DNA of 32,000 nucleotides from Xylella taiwanensis (GTDB lineage Bacteria; Pseudomonadota; Gammaproteobacteria; Xanthomonadales; Xanthomonadaceae): NCBI RefSeq assembly GCF_013177435.1, contig NZ_CP053627.1, positions 2,070,001 to 2,102,000 of the forward strand, read 5' to 3'. Shown piece by piece: positions 1 to 7,519 of this stretch (position 1 is its first letter; each line of letters starts with the position of its first letter). The notes under the pieces were generated by a model. It saw only the letters and a program-made list of their open reading frames with translations, ran no database searches and was not told where the DNA came from. The position numbers and the translations under genes were made by a program.

Positions 1-1
1 C

Positions 2-955
2 TATGCCCACGGACAAACTGACACCACCGCATTCTACCTATTCGATACACTCAAGTTCAGTCGCCGTTGGTACGTCAACGGCGGCCTGCGCTGGGACCGC
101 TACAACACCGACTATTCGGCACTGCTGTGCGACCCCGTACGCGGCCGCATCTACTGCAACACAACGACTACCATACTCGATCAGTTCAAGGGCAACGCTT
201 CTGGGACTCTGTTCGGCTGGAAAACGGGCGTGCTATTCAAACCCACCGAACACAGCAGCCTGTACATCAACTACGCAGTTTCCCAACAACCACCCGGTGG
301 TGCTTCACTGGAACTAAGCGCCAAACCCCAGAATTCCAATAACCCGAACTACCGACCACAAACCGCACGCACTGCCGAAACGGGCGTGAAGTGGAACTCA
401 TCTCAAGAACGTCTGCAACTGACCGCCGCGATATACAACACCGAGGTCAAGAACGACGTAGTACAGGACCCAATCGACCTACAGTATTACCAAAATGGCG
501 AGAAACGGGTGCGCGGCGTTGAACTCAGCGCAGTTGGCCAAGTGACCGACGCCTGGTCGATGTCGGCAGGGTTCACGACGATGGACGCCAAAGTCAAGCA
601 GGGGCCTGCGGTCTCAGCCGACGGTTCACTCGGACTCGCCTACACCCCCAATCAAGCATTCACCGCCTGGACCACATACACTTTTCCGTTTGGCCTGACG
701 ATTGGTGGTGGCGCACGCTACGCCGGCGAGATGAAACGCGACAGCAAAAGCGCGATCGGCACTCCAACTGATATTGAGAGCTACTGGGTCATAGACATGG
801 TACTCAGCTACCGCCTCAGCGAACACCTGGATCTACGGCTGAACAGTTACAACCTGTTAGACAAGGACTACGTCGCAGCGATCAACAAGAGTGGCTACCG
901 GTATGCTCCAGGGACTCCACGTGCATTTTTACTGACAGCAAACTTGCGCTTCTGA
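2..955 (+). CDS. TonB-dependent outer-membrane receptor, C-terminal ~317 aa (5' end outside the window); Fiu/PiuA-like catecholate-siderophore receptor class
   Basis: Frame 2 is open from the window edge (YAHGQTDTTAFYLFDTLKFSRRWYVNGGLRWDRY...), upstream of the ATG at 230 used by the ORF track. The beta-barrel-like sequence ends ...AFLLTANLRF*, a terminal aromatic typical of TBDRs. A piuC/ybiX homologue follows directly, as in fiu-ybiX and piuA-piuC loci. Confidence 0.85.
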   Translation, partial: YAHGQTDTTAFYLFDTLKFSRRWYVNGGLRWDRYNTDYSALLCDPVRGRIYCNTTTTILDQFKGNASGTLFGWKTGVLFKPTEHSSLYINYAVSQQPPGGASLELSAKPQNSNNPNYRPQTARTAETGVKWNSSQERLQLTAAIYNTEVKNDVVQDPIDLQYYQNGEKRVRGVELSAVGQVTDAWSMSAGFTTMDAKVKQGPAVSADGSLGLAYTPNQAFTAWTTYTFPFGLTIGGGARYAGEMKRDSKSAIGTPTDIESYWVIDMVLSYRLSEHLDLRLNSYNLLDKDYVAAINKSGYRYAPGTPRAFLLTANLRF

Positions 956-998
956 GCAACACGAGCACGGCATGAACACCTAGCTCCAAGAGTCGACG

Positions 999-1691
999 AT
1001 GCTTTTACACATCCCCTACATCCTCAATCGCACCCAAGCGACCTCAATGCATGAACGCTTAGCGGCAGCCAACTGGACCGACGGACGCGAGACCGTCGGT
1101 CCCCAAGGTGCGCAGGTTAAACATAATCTGCAACTGCCCGAAACATCGCCACTGCGTCAGGAACTCGGCCGCGAGATCCTTGATGCACTGGCACGCAGCC
1201 CACTTTACTTTGCTGCAACATTACCGCTACGCACATTGCCACCACGTTTCAACCGCTACCAGAAAAACCACCAATACGGATTTCACGTCGACGGCGCGGT
1301 GCTGTCGCTCCCGGTCGCCCACGGCCATACTCCAGTCAGCCTGCGCAGCGACGTCTCTTGCACCTTGTTTCTCAACGACCCGGACGAATACGACGGGGGT
1401 GAGCTGATCATCACTGACACCTACGGCGAACATGAAGTCAAATTGCCAGCAGGCGACCTTGTCATTTACCCCTCGACCAGTCTGCACCGGGTCGCACCGG
1501 TCACCCACGGCACGCGGATCGCCTCCTTCTTTTGGGTACAAAGCCTAGTACGCCAAGCCACACGTCGCCACCAGTTACTCGAGCTGGACACCGCGATCCA
1601 ATCACTGACTGACTCCAACACTGACCGCAACACGATCCTGCGACTCACCAACGTCTATCACAACCTGCTGCGGGAATGGTCAGAGACCTGA
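999..1691 (+). CDS. piuC: PiuC/YbiX-type Fe(II)/2-oxoglutarate-dependent hydroxylase
   Basis: 230 aa, co-linear with E. coli YbiX as I recall it ([78 protein letters not shown]). The HxD...H iron-binding triad is present. Confidence 0.9.
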   Translation: MLLHIPYILNRTQATSMHERLAAANWTDGRETVGPQGAQVKHNLQLPETSPLRQELGREILDALARSPLYFAATLPLRTLPPRFNRYQKNHQYGFHVDGAVLSLPVAHGHTPVSLRSDVSCTLFLNDPDEYDGGELIITDTYGEHEVKLPAGDLVIYPSTSLHRVAPVTHGTRIASFFWVQSLVRQATRRHQLLELDTAIQSLTDSNTDRNTILRLTNVYHNLLREWSET

Positions 1692-2350
1692 ACACATCGA
1701 TGTCCACCACATCCTCGTCCACTGCCGCCGATCCAGGCGTACATCGACAACGCCGCAGCTTCTGGCTGCGCACATTACACCAATGGCACTGGATCAGTTC
1801 GGCCATCTGCCTGGTCGGCATGCTACTGTTCGCAGCCACCGGATTGACCCTGAACCACGCCGCACGGATTGAGACCACACCAAACGTGGTACACCGCACC
1901 ACAACACTGCCGCCAGCACTGCACGCCGCACTCGCGACATCAAAAAACAGCAGTGGGCCTCTACCTCCAGTAATCGCCGTGTGGCTCAGCACATACACCG
2001 GGCAAGCACTGGCCGGACGTAAGGCAGAATGGTCGCCCGAAGAGATCTATCTATCGCTCCCCGGCCCCGGTACCGATGCTTGGCTCAGCCTGAACCGCAC
2101 CGATGGCACGGTGGAGTACGAGCACACCGACCGGGGTTGGATCGCCTACTTCAATGACCTCCACAAAGGCCGTAACGCAGGCCCGGTCTGGGGCTGGTTC
2201 ATTGACCTGCTTGCGGTCGCCTGTCTCGTGTTCTGCCTCACCGGCCTATGCCTTCTCTACCTGCACGCGCGCCAGCGGCGCCTGACTTGGCCGCTCGTCG
2301 GTTTTGGTTTGATCGTGCCACTACTGATCGCACTACTCCTGATCCACTGA
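1676..2350 (+). CDS. PepSY-associated TM-helix membrane protein (putative ferric-reductase-type component)
   Basis: The N-terminal [36 protein letters not shown] signature is typical of PepSY_TM proteins. There are about three hydrophobic helices and conserved His residues. The start is uncertain: ATG 1676 overlaps the piuC stop, and an alternative ATG at 1700 lies just after it. Confidence 0.75.
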   Translation: MVRDLNTSMSTTSSSTAADPGVHRQRRSFWLRTLHQWHWISSAICLVGMLLFAATGLTLNHAARIETTPNVVHRTTTLPPALHAALATSKNSSGPLPPVIAVWLSTYTGQALAGRKAEWSPEEIYLSLPGPGTDAWLSLNRTDGTVEYEHTDRGWIAYFNDLHKGRNAGPVWGWFIDLLAVACLVFCLTGLCLLYLHARQRRLTWPLVGFGLIVPLLIALLLIH

Positions 2351-2369
2351 ACCTCCAGGGAAACATTCA

Positions 2370-2882
2370 ATGCGCATTACTTTGACGATCGCCCTCAGCG
2401 GCCTGCTGGCCATGCCCGCCTATGCGACCACACTCAACATCACCGTCGAGATACCCACACTCAACGTCGCCGAATACCACCGCCCCTATATCGCCATCTG
2501 GATCGAAGATGCCGATCAAAAAGTCGCACGCAACTTGGCACTCTGGTACCAACAACGTGGTGGCGCTGAAGCACACGGCACCAAGTGGTTACCGGAACTA
2601 CGCCAGTGGTGGCGCAAAAGTGGCCGTACGGTACAGCTACCTGTAGACGGTGTCACCGGGCCAACTCGCCCAGCTGGGCGACACACGCTTTCCTTGGATG
2701 AGCAACAACAACTCAAACATCTGCCGCCAGGCCAGTACACCCTGGTTGTCGAAGCCACACGTGAAGTCGGCGGGCGCGAACTACTGAAGATCCCATTTAC
2801 CTGGCCGGCAACAACCGCGGAGACAGGTCAAGCCCTGGGTAAGACTGAACTAGGCAACGTCACCCTGGCTGCCCACCCCTAA
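2370..2882 (+). CDS. Secreted DUF2271-family protein (candidate flavinylated periplasmic protein)
   Basis: Sec signal peptide MRITLTIALSGLLAMPAYA. The family-typical block is YHRPYIAIWIEDADQKVARNLALWYQ...KWLPELRQWW. AGGGA lies about 10 nt upstream of the ATG. Confidence 0.8.
   Translation: MRITLTIALSGLLAMPAYATTLNITVEIPTLNVAEYHRPYIAIWIEDADQKVARNLALWYQQRGGAEAHGTKWLPELRQWWRKSGRTVQLPVDGVTGPTRPAGRHTLSLDEQQQLKHLPPGQYTLVVEATREVGGRELLKIPFTWPATTAETGQALGKTELGNVTLAAHP
2646..2666 (+). other. Candidate ApbE flavinylation site (D-G-V-T-G-P-T) inside the DUF2271 protein
   Basis: Codons gac ggt gtc acc ggg cca act give DGVTGPT at residues 93-99. This fits the Dxx(S/T)G(A)(S/T) pattern in which the last Thr/Ser carries FMN in NqrC/RnfG-type ApbE substrates. 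Pro replaces the usual Ala. Confidence 0.45.
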
Positions 2883-2916
2883 GTCCCATTGAGCATCTCC
2901 GTTACAAGGAACCGAT

Positions 2917-3720
2917 ATGAAGCATTCCCTCCTATTGATCGCGACACTAGCTGTGCTCCCCTTCACTGCACAGGCACACAAAGCCTGGCTGCTCCCCTCA
3001 CAGACCGTGATCACCGGCCAATCAGCGTGGATCACTGTCGACGCAGCCGTGTCAAACGATCTGTTCTATTTCAACCACGTGCCACTGCGCCTGGACACAC
3101 TGGTCATCACCGCACCAAACGGCAACCATGAGCAACCACAGAACCCCACCACCAGCAAGTACCGTAGCGTATTCGACGTGGAGCTGAGTCAGCAGGGCAC
3201 CTACCGCCTCAGTGTCGTCAACAACGGACTGTCTGCCACCTGGACAGAGAACGGCCAGATCAAACGCTGGCGGGGAGATACCGCACGCTTCGCCACAGAG
3301 GTACCAAAAAACAACCAGAACCTTAAGGTAACGCAATCACTCGCCAGGATCGAAACCTTCATCACCAATGGAAACCCGAACCAGACCGCACTCGAACCAA
3401 ACGGCCACGGTCTGGAATTAGTACCCATCACTCATCCGAACGATCTGTTCGCTAACGAAGCGGCGCAGTTCTCACTACACATTGACGGAAAACCAGCCAC
3501 CGGACTGGAAGTGCACATCATCCGTGGTGCTACTCGGTACCGTAACTCACAAGATGAAATCAAGGTGACTACCGATACTCAGGGAGGTTTCTCTGTCATT
3601 TGGCCCCAGGCCGGCATGTATTTACTGGAAGTCACCACAGAAGACACCAAGGTCAACATGCCACCCGCCAAGCAACGCCGGCTGAGTTACACGGCCACAC
3701 TGGAAGTGCTACCGCAGTAA
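2917..3720 (+). CDS. Secreted DUF4198-family protein (periplasmic, NikM-like fold family; function unknown)
   Basis: Signal peptide MKHSLLLIATLAVLPFTAQA, followed by the family-typical HKAWLLPSQTVITGQSAWITVDAAVSNDLFYFNH. AAGGA lies 7 nt upstream of the ATG. Confidence 0.75.
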   Translation: MKHSLLLIATLAVLPFTAQAHKAWLLPSQTVITGQSAWITVDAAVSNDLFYFNHVPLRLDTLVITAPNGNHEQPQNPTTSKYRSVFDVELSQQGTYRLSVVNNGLSATWTENGQIKRWRGDTARFATEVPKNNQNLKVTQSLARIETFITNGNPNQTALEPNGHGLELVPITHPNDLFANEAAQFSLHIDGKPATGLEVHIIRGATRYRNSQDEIKVTTDTQGGFSVIWPQAGMYLLEVTTEDTKVNMPPAKQRRLSYTATLEVLPQ

Positions 3721-3785
3721 GTCCGTAGCCATGACGTACCAATAGCCTCCACGGCAACTGTCTCATCGCCTACTGTCACAACGAC

Positions 3786-4757
3786 ATGAACATATCCGAC
3801 CTCGACCTTGCCACACTGGGCGGCTACACCATGGGCACTACCTGGAGCGTGAAATTGGTGGCGCCACGACAACTCGACCTACACCCACTACACACTGCAA
3901 TCCAAGCACGGCTCGACCAGATTGTCGCAGCAATGAGCACATGGGAACCGAACAGCACCATCAGTCGTTTCAACCACGCACCCGCTGGTTCATGGCATGT
4001 CCTGCCAAACGATTTCGACTTGGTACTACGTACAGCTCTGGAAATCGCGACCATCAGCAACGGTGCCTTTGATCCAACCGTTGGCCCGTTGGTGACTCTG
4101 TGGGGCTTCGGCGCCCATGGCGGCAATCACCAGCAAATACCAACGCCTGAAGCAATCGCTCTTGCAACAGCACGTGTAGGCTGGCAGCACCTAGTGCGCA
4201 CCACTGACGGACGCTGGCTGCAACCCGGCGGAACCGAGCTGGACTTATCAGCAATCGCCAAGGGATATGGCGTGGACGCCGTCACCGCCACACTACACAC
4301 GCAAGGTGTGAAACATGCATTGGTAGACATTGGTGGCGAGTTATATGGCTATGGACACAAACCTGACGGCACACCTTGGAGTGTGCTGGTAGAACCGGAT
4401 CTCACAGACAAGGTTAACAATGTACTGCCGCCATGCATCCTTGAACTGAATGGACTTGCAGTCGCCACTTCTGGCGACCGTTGGCACCACTTCGAACACG
4501 AAGGCCAACGTTACACACACACTATCGACCCTCAGCAAGGCACACCCCTCCCTCGCGCGCCCGCGATGGTCACCATGATCGCAGTCAGTGCAATGCACGC
4601 TGATGCCTGGACGACTGCTCTAAGTGCGCTGGGCCGGGAAGCCGGCTTAGCACTGGCCGAAGCGCTCGGATTGGCGGTTCGCTATCTAGAACACGATAAT
4701 GGGACACTAACCGCTTACTACAGTCCAGCCTTCAATCGCTTGTTGCACAAGCCATGA
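3786..4757 (+). CDS. apbE: FAD:protein FMN transferase (ApbE family)
   Basis: ApbE blocks are present: GYTMGTTWSVKL, GAFDPTVGPLVTLWGFG, DLSAIAKGYGVD, ALVDIGGE and VATSGDRWHHFEHEGQRYTHTIDPQQGTP. There is an in-frame TGA at 3732-3734 and no ATG/GTG/TTG between it and 3786, so the N-terminus is short and has no signal peptide. Confidence 0.9.
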   Translation: MNISDLDLATLGGYTMGTTWSVKLVAPRQLDLHPLHTAIQARLDQIVAAMSTWEPNSTISRFNHAPAGSWHVLPNDFDLVLRTALEIATISNGAFDPTVGPLVTLWGFGAHGGNHQQIPTPEAIALATARVGWQHLVRTTDGRWLQPGGTELDLSAIAKGYGVDAVTATLHTQGVKHALVDIGGELYGYGHKPDGTPWSVLVEPDLTDKVNNVLPPCILELNGLAVATSGDRWHHFEHEGQRYTHTIDPQQGTPLPRAPAMVTMIAVSAMHADAWTTALSALGREAGLALAEALGLAVRYLEHDNGTLTAYYSPAFNRLLHKP

Positions 4758-6334
4758 ACAGCATGAACCAGGTTGGGCTGAGCCAAATACTGACTGGCAT
4801 CCTACTTGCAACCGTAGCACTAGTACTCCTAGACCTACATACCGGCCCGTGGTGGCTTGGCATGCCAAGCACGCTCCGAATATCAATCGCCAGCGTGTGC
4901 CTAGCAACTTACCTGGTCGTTTGTCTGCGGTGTTTGCGCCCACAAGAGCACTTACACATCCAGAAAGATGCCGTACTGTTTGCCTGGGCAAGCCAAACAG
5001 GCTTTGCCAAAACACTCGCGGAACGCAGCGCAGCAGCCCTGCAACAGGCTGGATGCAACGTGCAGACGCTCCCTTTGGAATGGCTAGACAACAAAACACT
5101 GCACAAGGCCACCTGCGTGTTGTTCGTCATCAGTACTACCGGTGAGGGCGACCCACCAGATCACGCTCAACCCTTTGTTCATGTTCTGGCGACCTCTCTC
5201 CCACTCCCTCAATTGCGCTACGGTCTGATAGCACTCGGTGATCGCCGTTACAAAACGTTCTGCGCCTTCGGGCGACGTCTAGATCATTGGTTGACGGATC
5301 AGGGAGCCGAGGCACTATTCGAGCGGATCGAAGTTGACAACGGTGATCCGCAAGCGCTGCGAAAATGGCAACAGCAACTCACCAATCACATCGGAGACGT
5401 CCCGATCGTTTGGAGACCACAGACATCTGCAACATGGCGCCTGCAAGCACGTCAACATTGCAATCCAGACAGTCCAGGTGGCGCAGTCTACCGACTGCGC
5501 CTCGTCCCCGACGATGGTCACCTCCCTTTTTGGCAAGCTGGTGACATCGCTGAAGTCATACCATGCCATCCGCCATGCCGAGTACAAACGTGGCTGGAAC
5601 AACATACGTTGGACGGTGATGTGTTGGTGGACGGACGTCCATTACGTGATTGGCTAGCAACATCACAATTACCAGAAACCGTCCCAACTCATCTATGGCC
5701 CGCTACCCTGGTCGCAGGGCTCACCCCACTGTCTGCTCGTGCTTACTCGATCGCCTCGATTCCAGAGGAAGGTCACATTGCGCTGCTGTTACGGTACCAA
5801 TCAGGTCCTAACGGCACTCCCGGCCTGGGTAGCACTTGGCTGTGCAAGCACGCACCACTGGAGGGAAAGATTGCACTGCGGATCCGAACCAATCCAAGCT
5901 TTCATGGACCGCCTGCAGATCACTCATTGATCTTAATTGGCAACGGTACCGGTATTGCTGGTTTACGCGCCCACCTACGCGCACGCATCGAAGCCGGCGC
6001 GCGCGCCAACTGGCTGTTGTTCGGCGAACGCAGCGCCATTCATGATCATCACTACGCCGAAGACATTCATGCCTGGCAGCGCGACGGCTGGCTCACACGT
6101 GTCGACCTCGCCTTCTCAAGGAACGGTAAGCCGCATCGTTGCTACGTCCAGCATTTGCTGGAAACCGCTGCAGACATGCTACGCACCTGGGTTGCCAACG
6201 GTGCCAGTCTCTATATCTGTGGCAGCCTACACGGAATGGCACAGGAAGTAGACGCTACGATCGAACGAATCTTGGGGCCCGATCTACGCCAACACCTGCA
6301 GCAACAGGGTCGTTATAGGCGCGATGTTTACTAA
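4754..6334 (+). CDS. Membrane-anchored diflavin (flavodoxin + FAD/NADPH) reductase, CysJ/PiuB-like
   Basis: Two N-terminal hydrophobic helices (ILTGILLATVALVLLDL, ISIASVCLATYLVVCL). Flavodoxin block AWASQTGFAKTLAE...VLFVISTTGEGDPPD. FAD motif RAYSIAS. NADPH motif LILIGNGTGIAGLR. CysJ-like C-terminus GRYRRDVY*. The ATG overlaps the apbE stop (ATGA). Confidence 0.85.
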   Translation: MNSMNQVGLSQILTGILLATVALVLLDLHTGPWWLGMPSTLRISIASVCLATYLVVCLRCLRPQEHLHIQKDAVLFAWASQTGFAKTLAERSAAALQQAGCNVQTLPLEWLDNKTLHKATCVLFVISTTGEGDPPDHAQPFVHVLATSLPLPQLRYGLIALGDRRYKTFCAFGRRLDHWLTDQGAEALFERIEVDNGDPQALRKWQQQLTNHIGDVPIVWRPQTSATWRLQARQHCNPDSPGGAVYRLRLVPDDGHLPFWQAGDIAEVIPCHPPCRVQTWLEQHTLDGDVLVDGRPLRDWLATSQLPETVPTHLWPATLVAGLTPLSARAYSIASIPEEGHIALLLRYQSGPNGTPGLGSTWLCKHAPLEGKIALRIRTNPSFHGPPADHSLILIGNGTGIAGLRAHLRARIEAGARANWLLFGERSAIHDHHYAEDIHAWQRDGWLTRVDLAFSRNGKPHRCYVQHLLETAADMLRTWVANGASLYICGSLHGMAQEVDATIERILGPDLRQHLQQQGRYRRDVY

Positions 6335-7105
6335 CACCATGGACAGGTTCAAGTGTTCAACATCAGCAAAAATATACATAAAGCTGAATCTAGCCCATCA
6401 CACACCTTCACATCATGCCAAGAAAGGTCAACAACACAGAAAATGCGAAGGCACGGTTGCTTTTTGAGGGGCTGACGATCAAAAGGGATGATTAGCAACC
6501 GAACTTAGGACACGGGCAAGCACGAATGATCGAACATCTATATATAGTCACACTCAAAGGCCTTGAGGTTCCCTCTCAGGTCAGGCCAATCAACAAAGGT
6601 GCAACGCAACTTAAAGGCTGATCCAGACAAGACTCAGCTATTCGACCGAGCAATCCGTTGCGTGACTTAAACAATACCAAACAATTGCTATATCTCTAAT
6701 AGATACTAAGACAATATCTCTTACAGCTTCCTTTTCTGAAGGCGTTATCCAATGCTCATCAATCGCTATGGTTTGACGAAATGCAATCCATTTCCAGATT
6801 CAATGACTCACTAAGAAACTAGAAAATATATCAACAGTGCTATTAAACGAGTATCGAGCCCCCTGGAGAACCAATCGATTAAGACAACATAGCTATTCAC
6901 TTAATGACATGCATAAACAGCTTTTTGTGCGATGAACATACCGCTTCATCACATCTATTTCAGCAGGACATTCCTATACACATCACAGCAACGGAAAGTC
7001 CCAACATGATTGACCTGACAAAAACATCCACTGTCTGAACCTATCCAACGAAAACGCCCGGCTGCCCATCCAAGTGCAACACCGGACGACTTTACATTCC
7101 ATGTC

Positions 7106-7135
7106 GGCATCTTGCCTCCTCAAGGCATCTTGCCT
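7106..7135. repeat. Two copies of a 12-bp direct repeat, ggcatcttgcct, each a mini-palindrome
   Basis: Copies lie at 7106-7117 and 7124-7135, 55-85 nt beyond the comEA stop. Each copy contains aggca-tct-tgcct (5-bp arms). Confidence 0.6.
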
Positions 7136-7189
7136 AGCAAGGTAACGGCCACACATCATGCATCGCACCGTACCACAACACTCCCTCTC

Positions 7190-7519
7190 TTACCGCCTTC
7201 CCACCGACTTCAGCTCTGTTCCCTTGGCAGGTTTAGCGGGTGCCATCCTGGCACCAACTTCCATCAGGTCGCGATTCCGTTCAACTGTCTTCATTCCGAT
7301 TCCATTGACCAGGGCTAACTCCTCAACGCTCTTAAAGGGACCGTTTTCCTGACGGTACTTGACGATAGCAGAAGCCTTGGAGGGACCAATATTCACCAAC
7401 ACTCTATCCATTTCTTCCGCTGAAGCTGTGTTGATATCGACCTTGTCAGCCGCATGTGCTGTGAAAGCAAGGGCTAATAACAACAACAAAGACTTCAGGC
7501 TCATGGCGAAAGACTTCAT
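7190..7519 (-). CDS. comEA: ComEA-family helix-hairpin-helix DNA-binding (competence) protein, secreted
   Basis: Signal peptide MKSFAMSLKSLLLLLALAFTAHA, then INTASAEEMDRVLVNIGPSKASAIVKYRQENGPFKSVEELALVNGIGMKTVERN (ComEA HhH). I chose the ATG at 7519 because AAGGAG (7532-7527) lies 7 nt upstream. The track ORF extends to 7567. Confidence 0.85.
   Translation of the reverse strand: MKSFAMSLKSLLLLLALAFTAHAADKVDINTASAEEMDRVLVNIGPSKASAIVKYRQENGPFKSVEELALVNGIGMKTVERNRDLMEVGARMAPAKPAKGTELKSVGRR

Noticed and set aside
6993-7001. ggaaagtcc, identical to the core of the RNase P RNA P4 region.
   Set aside because: Only a 9-mer matches. The flanking sequence lacks the GAGGAAAGUCCGGGCUC context and any complementary P4 partner.
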